NCBI GenBank assembly: GCA_950097015.1
Contig: CATNEN010000034.1
Coordinates: forward strand, 3,410,001-3,474,000
From: Macrostomum hystrix
Lineage: Eukaryota; Animalia; Platyhelminthes
Length of the DNA: 64,000 nucleotides
Direction: 5' to 3'
The first letter of the stretch is position 1; each line of letters opens with the position of its first letter. A program made the position numbers and the translations under genes. Below, one piece after another: positions 34,203-45,989 of the stretch. A model generated the notes under the pieces. It was not told the origin of the DNA. It saw only the letters and a list, made by a program, of their open reading frames with translations, and searched no databases.

Positions 34203-37200
34203 TTCCGATTTAGCTATGATTCAAACTCTGATTTTGCCATGATTCAAACTCTGGTTTAGCCATGATTCAGACGCTGGTTGGCCATGATTCAAACGCTGGT
34301 TTAGCCATGATTCAAACTCTGGTTTTGCCATGATTCAAACCCTGGTGTAGCCATGATTTAGTCTCTGGTTTAGCCATGATTGAAACTCTGGTTTTGCCAT
34401 GATTCAGACGCTTGTTTAGCTTTGATTTAAACTCTGGTTTAGCCATGATTCAGACTCTGGTTTAGCCATGATTCAGACTCTGGTTTAGCTATGAGCCATG
34501 ATTCAGACTCTGGTGTAGCAATGATTCAGACTTTGGTTTAGCCATGATTCAGACTCTGGTGTAGCCATGATTCAGACTCTGGTTTAGCCATGATTCAGAC
34601 TCTGGTTTAGCCATGATTCAGACTCTGGTTTAGCCATGATTCAGACTCTGGTTTAGCCATGATTCAGACTCTGGTTTAGCCATGATTCAGACTCTGGTTT
34701 AGCTATGATTCAAACTCTGGTTTTGCCATGATTCAGACGCTTGTTTAGCTTTGATTTAACCTCTGGTTTAGCCATGATTCAGACTCTGGTGTAGCCATGA
34801 TTCAGACTCTGGTTTAGCCATGATTCAGACTCTGGTTTAGCTATGAGCCATGATTCAGACTCTGGTGTAGCAATGATTCAGACTCTGGTTTAGTCATGAT
34901 TCAGACTCTGGTTTAGCTATGATTCAAACTCTGGTTTAGCCATGATTCAGACTCTGGTGTAGCCATGATTCAGACTCTGGTGTAGCCATGATTCAGACTC
35001 TGGTGTAGCCATGATTCAGACTTTGGTTTAGCCATGATTCAGACTCTGGTTTAGCCATGATTCAGACTCTGGTTTAGCCATAATTCAGACTCTGGTTTAG
35101 CCATGATTCAGACTCTGGTTTAGCCATGATCCAGACTCTGGTTTAGCCATGATTCAGACTCTGGTTTAGCCATGATTCAGACTCTGGTTTAGCCATGATT
35201 CAGACTCTGGTTTAGCCATGATTCAGACTCTGGTTTAGCCATGATTCAGACTCTGGTTTAGCCATGATCCAGACTCTGGTTTAGCCATGATTCAGACTCT
35301 GGTTTAGCCATGATTCAGACTCTGGTTTAGCCATGATTCAGACGCTTGTTTAGCCATGATTCAAACTCTGGTTTAGCCATGATTCAAACTCTTGTTTAGC
35401 CATGATTCAAACTCTGGTTTTGCCATGATTCAAACCCTGGTGTAGCCATGATTTAGTCTCTGGTTTAGCCATGATTGAAACTCTGGTTTTGCCATGATTC
35501 AGACGCTTGTTTAGCTTTGATTTAAACTCTGGTTTAGCCATGATTCAGACTCTGGTGTAGCCATGATTCAGACTCTGGTTTAGCCATGATTCAGACTCTG
35601 GTTTAGCTATGAGCCATGATTCAGACTCTGGTGTAGCAATGATTCAGACTTTGGTTTAGCCATGATTCAGACTCTGGTGTAGCCATGATTCAGACTCTGG
35701 TTTAGCCATGATTCAGACTCTGGTTTAGCCATGATTCAGACTCTGGTTTAGCCATGATTCAGACTCTGGTTTAGCCATGATTCAGACTCTGGTTTAGCCA
35801 TGATTCAGACTCTGGTTTAGCTATGATTCAAACTCTGGTTTTGCCATGATTCAGACGCTTGTTTAGCTTTGATTTAAACTCTGGTTTAGCCATGATTCAG
35901 ACTCTGGTGTAGCCATGATTCAGACTCTGGTTTAGCCATGATTCAGACTCTGGTTTAGCTATGAGCCATGATTCAGACTCTGGTGTAGCAATGATTCAGA
36001 CTCTGGTTTAGCCATGATTCAGACTCTGGTTTAGCTATGATTCAAACTCTGGTTTAGCCATGATTCAGACTCTGGTGTAGCCATGATTCAGACTCTGGTG
36101 TAGCCATGATTCAGACTCTGGTGTAGCCATGATTCAGACTCTGGTTTAGCCATGATTCAGACTCTGGTTTAGCCATGATTCAGACTCTGGTTTAGCTATG
36201 ATTCAAACTCTGGTTTAGCCATGATTCAGACTCTGGTTTAGCCATGATTCAGACGCTTGTTTAGCCATGATTCAAACTCTGGTTTAGCCATCATTCAAAC
36301 TCTTGTTTAGCCATGATTAAAACTCTGGTTTTGCCATGATTCAAACCCTGGTGTAGCCATGATTTAGTCTCTGGTTTAGCCATGATTGAAACTCTGGTTT
36401 TGCCATGATTCAGACGCTTGTTTAGCTTTGATTTAAACTCTGGTTTAGCCATGATTCAGACTCTGGTGTAGCCATGATTCAGACTCTGGTTTAGCCATGA
36501 TTCAGACTCTGGTTTAGCTATGAGCCATGATTCAGACTCTGGTGTAGCAATGATTCAGACTTTGGTTTAGCCATGATTCAGACTCTGGTGTAGCCATGAT
36601 TCAGACTCTGGTTTAGCCATGATTCAGACTCTGGTTTAGCCATGATTCAGACTCTGGTTTAGCCATGATTCAGACTCTGGTTTAGCCATGATTCAGACTC
36701 TGGTTTAGCCATGATTCAGACTCTGGTTTAGCTATGATTCAAACTCTGGTTTTGCCATGATTCAGACGCTTGTTTAGCTTTGATTTAAACTCTGGTTTAG
36801 CCATGATTCAGACTCTGGTGTAGCCATGATTCAGACTCTGGTTTAGCCATGATTCAGACTCTGGTTTAGCTATGAGCCATGATTCAGACTCTGGTGTAGC
36901 AATGATTCAGACTCTGGTTTAGCCATGATTCAGACTCTGGTTTAGCTATGATTCAAACTCTGGTTTAGCCATGATTCAGACTCTGGTGTAGCCATGATTC
37001 AGACTCTGGTGTAGCCATGATTCAGACTCTGGTGTAGCCATGATTCAGACTCTGGTTTAGCCATGATTCAGACTCTGGTTTAGCCATGATTCAGACTCTG
37101 GTTTAGCCATGATTCAGACTCTGGTTTAGCCATGATTCAGACTCTGGTTTAGCCATGATTCAGACTCTGGTTTAGCCATGATTCAGACTCTGGTTTAGCC

Positions 37201-37245
37201 ATGATTCAGACTCTGGTTTAGCCATGATTCAAACTCTGTTTTAGC
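34203..37245. repeat. 23-bp satellite in Helitron unit 3 (ttcagactctgg variant dominant)
   Basis: About 130 copies; the dominant variant differs from unit 4. Confidence 0.95.
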
Positions 37246-37839
37246 CGGTGTGCTATGATTTATGATATTTTATTTACGAAATGAAAAAAATAAATTAAAA
37301 TAGTCTTCAATCACTACTGGCTGAAAATTAGTCTAAATGATTTGACGCAGTGCAGAATCGAACCCTAGCCTAGCCTAACCTTATTCCTAGTGCCTACACA
37401 TCGGCTATTCCGACTGTTGGTTAGTGGGTGCAAAAATCAGCCTTATAAAATGAATTCTCAAAGTTCTGGCTTTGTACAATGAAGTAAGAAAATAGAGTAC
37501 ACTCAGTCTCGCGGTTGGTTGTGTACATTTATTTCCAATTTGTCTCCAGAGTGCAGGCTTCAAATTCAATCAGCTAGGGGTTGTTGCGCAATTTGACGAT
37601 GCAATTCTAATTCAGTGGCAGTGAGTAAAATTCTCAATAGGCCAAGATGTTTGACCTTTGAAAAATCTTGTTTTTCGAATATTTAATCCCTTTAGCAATA
37701 AAGTTAAGCTTAATAAAAATACGTGTATAATTGTCCCCATATTTGGCATCTTTTGGTGAAGAAATGGTGAAAATCGGTTGAGCCGTTCGGGAGAAAATCA
37801 ATTACAACCAACCAACCATTTCATTTTTAGTATAGTGGA

Positions 37840-40373
37840 CTAGCAAGTTTTGCCCCCCTTCGGGGAGCAGAAATATTTTTAATTCGTCCAGTATACACTT
37901 TTTAGCAGCTGTATTTTTAGCCTTTTTTACGCTACAATGATCAGTTGACAATGATCCCCCAGTTAATAATGATCCCCCGGTTGACAATGATCCCTCAGTC
38001 GATAATGATTCCCAGTTGATGATGATCCCCCAGTTGACAATGATCCCCCAGTTGACAATGATCCCCCAGTTGACAATGATCTGGGACAATGATCCCCCAG
38101 TTGACAATGGTCCCCCAGTCGACAATGATTCCCCAGTTGACAATGATCCCCCAGTTGATGATGATCCCCCAGTTGACAATGTTCCCCAAGTTGACAATGA
38201 TCCCACAGTTGACAATGATCCCCCAGTTGATGATGATCCACCAGTTGAAGATGATCACCCAGTTGACAATGATCCCCCAGTTGATGATGATCCACCAGTT
38301 GAAGATGATCACCCAGTTGACAATGATCCCCCAGTTGACATTGATCCCCCAGGTTACAATGATCCCCCAGTTGATGATGATCACCCAGTTGACAATTATC
38401 TCCCAGTTGACTATGATCCCCCATTGATGATGATCCCCAGTTGACAATGTTACCCCAGTTGGCTATTACCCCCTAGTTGACAATGATCCCCCAGTTGATG
38501 ATGATCACCCAGTTGACAATGATCTCCCAGTTGACCATGATCCCCCATTTGATGATGATTCCCCAGTTTACAATTATCCCACAGTTGACGATTATCCCCC
38601 AGTTCTGGTTTAGCTTTGATTCAAACTCTGGTTTAGCCATGATATAAACTCTGGTTTAGCCATGATTCAGACGCTGGTTGGCCATGATTCAAACGCTGGT
38701 TTAGCCATGATTCAAACTCTGGTTTAGCCATGATTCAAACTGTGGTTTAGCCATGATTCAAACGTAAATTTAGCCATGATTCAGACTCTGGTTTAGCCAT
38801 GATTCAGACTCAGGTTTAGCCATGATTCAAACTCTAGTTTAGCCATGATTCAAACTCTAGTTTAGCCATGATTCAAACGCTGGTTTTGCCATGAGAACTA
38901 ATTTCCCCAGCAGCAGAGAACTAATTTCCCCAGCAGCAGAGAACTAATTCCCCCAGCAGCAGAGAACTAATTCCCCCAGCAGCAGAGAACTAATTCCCCC
39001 AGCAGCAGAGAACTAATTCCCCCAGCAGCAGAGAACTAATGTTCTCCAAACAGAAGAGAACCTCCATAATACCAGAATGGAGGCTACTTGCAGGCTACCA
39101 AACTCGCAGAAAGAAATTTTTGCCCTTTTTCTTTGACAGGAAACCATTGCCCCCAAATAGCCTAGAAACGATGTCTCCATCGTTTTACTCAGCCCAGAAG
39201 GCAACAAATATCTCCTGTTACATCTCCTGTTACATGTGGCACTGTAGATACATTTAGAAAACTGTTAAAGACATTTAGAAAATCGTTGAGCACTTTAGAA
39301 AACGGTTTCGATCAGTGTTCGTCGAATAAAGTTTTATAATTATTATTATTAAATAAGCTATTTTTTTTGATCGAATAACGCTTAAAACAATGCTCAAAAA
39401 AAGAAAAATTTGAAATAATTTACGCTCTTAGCTGCGCTCAATATTTTTTCTTGCAGTTCTCAATTGTGATAACGCCTGCAGCTATGCACAAAAATATTTC
39501 CTAAGTTTTATTATCGAATAAAACTTGCTGCTTTACTCTAAAACGAATACTATTTTCTGAAAGCGAGTACAGGAATAATAAAGCTAACAAATATCTGCTT
39601 CGACAGTAGCTAACCAAAATCGCTTACTTACTTACTCGTATTTATACTCGAACCCAAAAATGCCCAAAAAATACTAATAAACAGGAGCTTACGTTTTTTT
39701 ACTGCTGATGATTAGAAAATTAAAAGAAAAAGAAGCAGTAACAAAACCGATGCTGAAATTCTACCTGCATTCTACAAAAGCATTAAAGTACTTTACTTCG
39801 GAGCTAGATGAAAAGAAAGCGGCACAATGATCGAAGTCGAGACAAGGTTTGACAATAGAAAGGCTGCAGTTTTATGGATAGAAAGGAGGAGGAGAGGTCT
39901 CGCTAGCATTGAGCATCATAAAAGCCCAATCATGAAATCTGCTATGTACGGTTTGCGTATTTAAATCAAATCACTCGATCAGCCAAGAGACAAATTTATA
40001 AACGTACGTACGGGTCGAAAAGCAGTGACGCAATCCTATTCAATTGAGAGTATCGGGCCCTGTTCAGTGCTATACCAATGCACGCGCGGGCGAGAAAAAG
40101 CACCGATGCAATCTAATAAAGCTGACAGTGTCCGGCCCTATTCTAATTTAACCTTGTTTGGCCTCCTATTAAAAGCAATAGGAAAACTCGTTTTTCGAAT
40201 ATTTAATATTGTTAGCATTGAAGCAGACTAACGAAATTTTCAAGGTCTCATGCCAGTAAAATTTGGCATGTTTAGCAAAAAACGCGATCAAATTTGGTTG
40301 AGGCATTTAGCCTGTGTATCGAAATTCCACAGACAGACAGACAGACAGACTTTAGAGATTTAGTATAGTTGGA
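37840..40373 (-). mobile_element. Helitron unit 2 (type-A 5' module), 2534 bp; contains short 18-bp, 23-bp and second 23-bp (gaactaattcccccagcagcaga) arrays
   Basis: 5' TCCAACTATACTAAATCTCTAAAG(TCTG)n. Arrays at about 37935-38600, 38603-38893 and 38895-39038. Confidence 0.82.
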
Positions 40374-42914
40374 CTAGCAAGTTTTGCCCCCCTTTTTGGG
40401 GAGCAGAAATATTTTTAATTCGTCTAGTATATACATTTTAGCAGCTGAATTTACAGCTTTTTAAAGCTACAATGATCCCCCAGTTGACAATGATCAACCA
40501 GTTGACAATGATCCCCCAGTTGACAATGATCCCCCAGTCGACAATGATTCCCCAGTTGACAATGATCCCCTAATTGATGATGATCACCCAGTTGACAATG
40601 ATCCCCCACTTGACAAAGATCCCATAGTTGACAATGAACCCCCAGTTGACAAGGATCCCACAGTTGACAATGATCCCCCAGTTGACAACGATCCCCTAGT
40701 TCACAATGATCCCCCAGATGATGATGATCCCCCAGTTGATGATGATCACCCAGTTGACAATGATCCCCCAGTTGACATTGATCCCCCAGTTTACAATGAT
40801 CCCACAGTTGACAATGATGCCCCAGTTGACATTGATCCCCAGGTTACAATGATCCCCCAGTTGATGATGATCACCCAGTTGACAATTATCTCCCAGTTGA
40901 CTATGATCCCCCATTGATGATGATCCCCAGTTGACAATGTTACCCCCTAGTTGACAATGATCCCCCAGTTGATGATGATCACCCAGTTGACAATGATCTC
41001 CCAGTTGACCATGATCCCCCATTTGATGATGACTCCCAAATGATGATGATCCCCATTTGACAATGATCCCCAGTTGACCATGATCCCCCATTTGATGATG
41101 ATTCCCCAGTTTACAATTATCCCACAGTTGACGATTATCCCCCAGTTCTGGTTTAGCTATGATTCAAACTCTGGTTTTGCCATGATTCAAACTCTGATTT
41201 TGCCATGATTCAAACTCTGGTTTAGCCATGATTCAGACTCTGGTTGGCCATGATTCAAACGCTGGTTTAGCCATGATTCAAACTCTGGTTTAGCCATGAT
41301 TCAAACTCTGGTTTAGCCATGATTCAAACGCTGGTTTTGCCATGAGAACTAATTTCCCCAGCAGCAGAGAACTAATTCCCCTCCAGCAGCAGAGAACTAA
41401 TTTCCCCAGCAGCAGAGAACTAATTTCCCGAGCAGCAGAGAACTAATTCCCCCAGCAGCAGAGAACTAATTCCCCCAGCAGCAGAGAACTAATTTCCCCA
41501 GCAGCAGAGAACTAATTTCCCGAGCAGCAGAGAACTAATTCCCCCAGCAGCAGAGAACTAATTTCCCCAGCAGCAGAGAACTAATGTTCTCCAAACAGAA
41601 GAGAACCTCCATAATACCAGAATGGAGGCTACTTGCAGGCTACCAAACTCGCAGCAAGAAATGTTTGCCCTTTTTCTTTGACAGGAAACCATTGCCCCCA
41701 AATAGCATAGAAACGATGTGTCCATCGTTTTACTCAGCCCAGAAGGCAACAAATATCTCCTGTTACATCTCCTGTTACATGTGGCACGGTAGATACATTT
41801 AGAAAACTGTTAAACACATTTAGAAAATCGTTGGACACATTTAGAAAATCGTTGAGCACTTTAGAAAACGGTTTCGATCAGTGTTCGTCGAATAAAGTTT
41901 TATAATTATTATTATTAAATAAGCTATTTTTTTGATAGAATAACGCTTTAAACAATGCTCAAAAAAATTTGAAATAATTTACGCTCTTAGCTGCGCTCAA
42001 TATTTTTTTCTTGCAGTTCTCAATTGTGATATCGCCTGCAGCTATGCACAAAAATATTTCCTTAGTTTTATTATCGAATTCCCGATACTCGAAAAAACTT
42101 ATACTATTTTCTGAAAGGGAGTACAGGAATAATAAAGCTAACAAATATCTGCTTCGACAGTAGCTAACCAAAATCGCTTGCTATTTATACTCGAACCAAA
42201 AATGCCCAAAAAGTACAAATAAATAGGAACTTACGTTTTTAACTGCTGATGATTAGAAGATTAAAAGAAAAAGAAGCAGTAACAAAACCGATGCTGAAAT
42301 TCTACCTGCATTCTACAAAAGCATTAAAGTACTTTACTTCGGAGCTAGATGAAAAGAAAGCGGCACAATGATCGAAGTCGAGACAAGGTTTGACAATAGA
42401 AAGGCTGCAGTTTTATGGGTAGAAAGGAGGAAGAGAGGTCTCGCTAGCATTGAGCATCATAAAAGCCCAATCATGAAATCTGATATGTACGTTTTGCGTA
42501 TTCAAATCAAATCACTCGATCAGCCAAGAGACAAATTTATAAACGTACGTACGGGTCGAAAAGCAGTGACGCAATCCTATTCAATTGAGAGTATCGGGCC
42601 CTGTTCTGTGCTATACCAATGCACGCGCGGGCGAGAAAAAGCACCGATGCAATCTAATAAAACTGACAGTGTCCGGCCCTATTCTAATTTAACCTTGTTT
42701 GGCCTCCTATTAAAAGCAATAGGAAAACTCGTTTTTCGAATATTTAATATTTTTAGCATTGAAGCAGACTAACGAAATTTTCAAGGTCTCATGCCAGTAA
42801 AATTTGGCATGTTTAGCAAAAAACGCGATCAAATTTGGTTGAGGCATTTAGCCTGTGTATCGAAATTCCACAGACAGACAGACAGACAGACTTTAGAGAT
42901 TTAGTATAGTTGGA
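40374..42914 (-). mobile_element. Helitron unit 1 (type-A 5' module), 2541 bp; same three short arrays
   Basis: 41345-42914 is near-identical to 38893-40373. Arrays at about 40470-41146, 41147-41345 and 41346-41584. Confidence 0.82.
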
Positions 42915-42994
42915 TGGAAGATATGACAAAGTTAAATATTTCTCATCGTATGGGAATTTCCAAATCATGATGGTCTCTGGATCCGGCCGTGCTA

Positions 42995-43200
42995 TTCCCT
43001 CCGAGTCCTGCTGTGCCATTCCCTCTGGGTCCTGCTGTGCCATTCCCTCTGAGTCCTGCTGTGCCATTCCCTCTGGGTCCTGCTGTGCCATTCCCTCTGG
43101 GTCCTGCTTTGCCATTCCCTCTGGGTCCTGCTGTGCCATTCCCCCTGGGTCCTGCTGTGCCATTCCCTCCGGGTCATGCTGTGCCATTCCCTCCGGGTCA
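42995..43200. repeat. 24-bp minisatellite (cctgctgtgccattccctctgggt)
   Basis: About 8-9 copies just outside the Helitron array. Confidence 0.9.
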
Positions 43201-43423
43201 TTCCCTTCCTTAGAGTTCTCCCGTTTAAATCACTGTTAAATAAAACACAAGTTATTACAATGGCACTCAAGTTGCACTGGTTACTTGTTTTTCCTTGGAT
43301 ATACTCGTAATTACGAACACGTATGGAAATGGTAATTATTACCAATTATGAAATAATAGGACTAGCTAAACATCCAAATTGGAACTAGAGAAAAAAGTAA
43401 GTAAAATTGGCTGATAGTACATC

Positions 43424-45147
43424 TCATTTTCCCGAGTCACCGCTAATGCCGCCGTTCCACTCGGCCAGGAGCTCCTTGAACCGTGTCGTCTCCTTGACGA
43501 ATTCGTCCGGCCGGTTCTCGACATCGCGGTAGAAAGCCACCGAAGCGCGCAGCGCATCCAATAGCGGCGTCGCTGGCAGCCAATCGCCGCACACCTCGGC
43601 GGCTCTCTCGACGCTGATTGGTCCACTAGTCACCGTTGGATACAACTGGCTAGCAGCGTGCGTGTACTCGATTTTTGGCGCTTCCGACAGCTCCATGGCC
43701 TCGGCCAGTTGTCTAACAAACTCACTTGCTGTCCAGGTCTCCTGGTAGGCGAAGTTGAAGACCTCCTTGACGGTGCCAACCGGTCGCGCAAGACGTCGGT
43801 AGCGGTCAATCAGGCCGGCCAGAAAGTTTGCCACATCGTCTACGTAGGCAAGCGACATCCGGGTCTCGCGTCCGGCATCGGGCAGCCGCACAGAGCCGCT
43901 GTCCACCGCTCGCATGTAGTACCAGAACCGGTAGCTCGTGTCCCTCGGACCGAAGGTGTCCGGTATGCGGACAATCGTGTAGTCGTAGCTGGCGCCGTTG
44001 TGCTCGGCGGCCAGCAGGTCGACCACAAACTCGGCGGTCAGTTTGACCTCCGCGTAGCGTCGTCCGACGCGCAGACGACTGCGAAGTGCGGCGTCAGTCG
44101 GGAAGACGCCATCCGATTCACGCGATCTGCCGGAGTGCCGCTTGTCGGACACGTCGTAGACTGAGTCTGTGCTCAAGTACACGTAGTACTGGAATCGGCC
44201 CATGAGCAGCTGGATGCTCTGCATCACGGCCAAGTCAACGAAGCCGGACAGGTCGATAATGGCCAGGAAGGGCCGAGACTCCAGCTGGGAGAGGCTTTCG
44301 CAGTCTGTCAGGTCGTAGTTTCGGTCGCAAGGCAGCACCCGGCCATGCTGGGCGCTGTGCCACAGCCAGTAAGTGTTGTTTCTGTGCAAGCTGGTCACAT
44401 TGTAGCCTCGGGAGGTCAGCCGCTCCACAGTGTGGCTGCCAATGAAGCCGTTGCCACCCAGTAGGAGGATTTCTCTTGAATTCGGGGGGCAAAAGAAGTT
44501 GGGAATGCAAATTAATTCATATTATTGACCCAGTAGCGTTCATTGCACTCGGTGACTCGCTAAAGTGAACCTCAGAACAGGAACCGATGTACTTTTATTT
44601 GGTTTTGGTATGTTTAAGCTCACAGTTACATCATTATAAATAATTTTGGAGTAGTAGCTTGGGGTTTACCTTTTGGACTCACGAATTGTAAGTCGGGGGT
44701 TCGATTCCAGATTCCAATCGAAAAATGTATATCTCTGAGCAAGACATTACCTACGGACAATGACTACTAAAGTAACATGTTTAGTTTAGTTTATCGTTTT
44801 GTGTATCGTCTACTTTAGTAGTCCTTGCCTATGGTTTGCGTCAGTTCACTCAACTGTTAAATGGGTACCCCCCAGTCCATGGACTGTACAGCCTTCAGAT
44901 GCGCCACGATAGCTGCGGCTGTGCTGTCGGCTGCACATTAGTCCCAATGTGTCAAGTGTAATTGTTTTTATTTATTTATTTTTTCATCTTCAATATAAAA
45001 TTAAAGCCACGACGCTCACCTGTTCCCCTCCGAGTGATCCCTGGGAGCACTGGGATCAGAGTACCGGCTGCTCATGTGGCCTCGGCAGACCGACAGACCG
45101 AGGAACATTGTGCAAGCCAGCGCTAGCTGATGCTTCAGAATAGCCAT
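43424..45147 (-). CDS. NAD-dependent epimerase/dehydratase family (extended/atypical SDR) with predicted signal peptide, about 392 aa
   Basis: Exon 45147-45020 (MAILKHQLALACTMFLGLSVCRG..., phase-2 gtgagc donor) joins exon 44474-43424 in frame. Motifs: EILLLGGNGFIG (Rossmann), YVYLSTDSVY, YAEVK (YxxxK), YTIVRIPDTFGP, SLAYVDDVA, FNFA. Confidence 0.85.
44650..44880 (+). mobile_element. tRNA-derived SINE-like fragment in the SDR-gene intron
   Basis: B-box-like gggggttcgattcc, followed by ctgagcaagacattacc and ttcactcaactgttaaatgggtacc, which resemble conserved central domains of invertebrate SINEs. Confidence 0.45.
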
Positions 45148-45989
45148 TTGCCACAGGTACATCTGTATAGCAAAGGTGTGCGCCTCTGCTTCCCGAGAAA
45201 CTATCTGTCCCTCAGCTTTAAAAAGGGGATTTTATCCATCCATTCCAGCATCAGTCAGTCCTGCACAGCCTCTACCCTGTGTACAGAATGAACATCTGTG
45301 CGCGTAGATTGAAAGAAAAGCTGATTCATCATTTTACCTGGCCTTCATCCCAGTTGAACAGGAGGGGGTTGAATTGTGCAATGGGAAACTGCGCAGTCGC
45401 TTCACCAACCAGATACATTCAAATCGGTAAAGGTCAATTTTCTTTGAAATTTAAGCCAAGTAGTTAGGCCTTTATATACTTACATTTATTATGTTGCTAC
45501 GTATATTTTTTGCAAGGAAAATAACAAAAACAAATATTCGACAGGTAAAACTGTACTCGACAGTGCTGTGGGTCTCAGGGGCAGTGCTTTCCACGCGCGT
45601 TTTATCGAAGATGTGAAGCAAGAGGCATATTAATTAACTTTCCAATGATTTTCGTCCACACACAGTTTGTAGTTGTTTTCGAAAAACTTTGATAACCTTT
45701 TAATTCGAGTAAAACTAGCCATATCTAAAGCTAAACTGTTAATTCCAGAATATTACAATTTTCAAGAACTATCTAGGATCATAGAATTGTAATTTGACAT
45801 TCCAAACACGGGTTCACTGTGAGAACAGAAACGACAACCCCATTCTTCGTATCGCCTAGAAAACTGAATTTCGGTGGCTTCAAAAGAACGCGCAAGGCAA
45901 TTAAAAAGGAAAGAAAAGTTGACACAATTATAGATGACACAATATCCCAGGCCGAACTCTCGAGCCGACCGCTTCCCAGTTCCCAAGGG

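Larger units (their letters stand above)
32824..37839 (-). mobile_element. Helitron unit 3 (type-B 5' module), 5016 bp
   Basis: 37245-37839 is near-identical to 32225-32823; same termini. Confidence 0.82.
27458..42914 (-). mobile_element. Head-to-tail array of four non-autonomous Helitrons (15.5 kb)
   Basis: On the minus strand the array begins A|TC at 42914 and ends CTAG|T at 27458. Internal junctions read CTAG|TC at 40374/40373, 37840/37839 and 32824/32823. Each CTAG is preceded by a CCCC-GAA-GGGG hairpin about 11 nt upstream (loop variant in one unit). No Rep/helicase ORF. Confidence 0.88.

Noticed and set aside
27520-41100. DNDPPV, QLGDHC and WGIIVN repeat proteins
   Set aside because: These are translations of the 18-bp satellite in several frames on both strands, with frequent frame breaks and no splice or start context.
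42368-42772. 134-aa ORF in the Helitron type-A module as a captured gene
   Set aside because: The sister copy (about 39827-40231) has a stop in the same frame and no domain is recognisable; it is not Rep/helicase.
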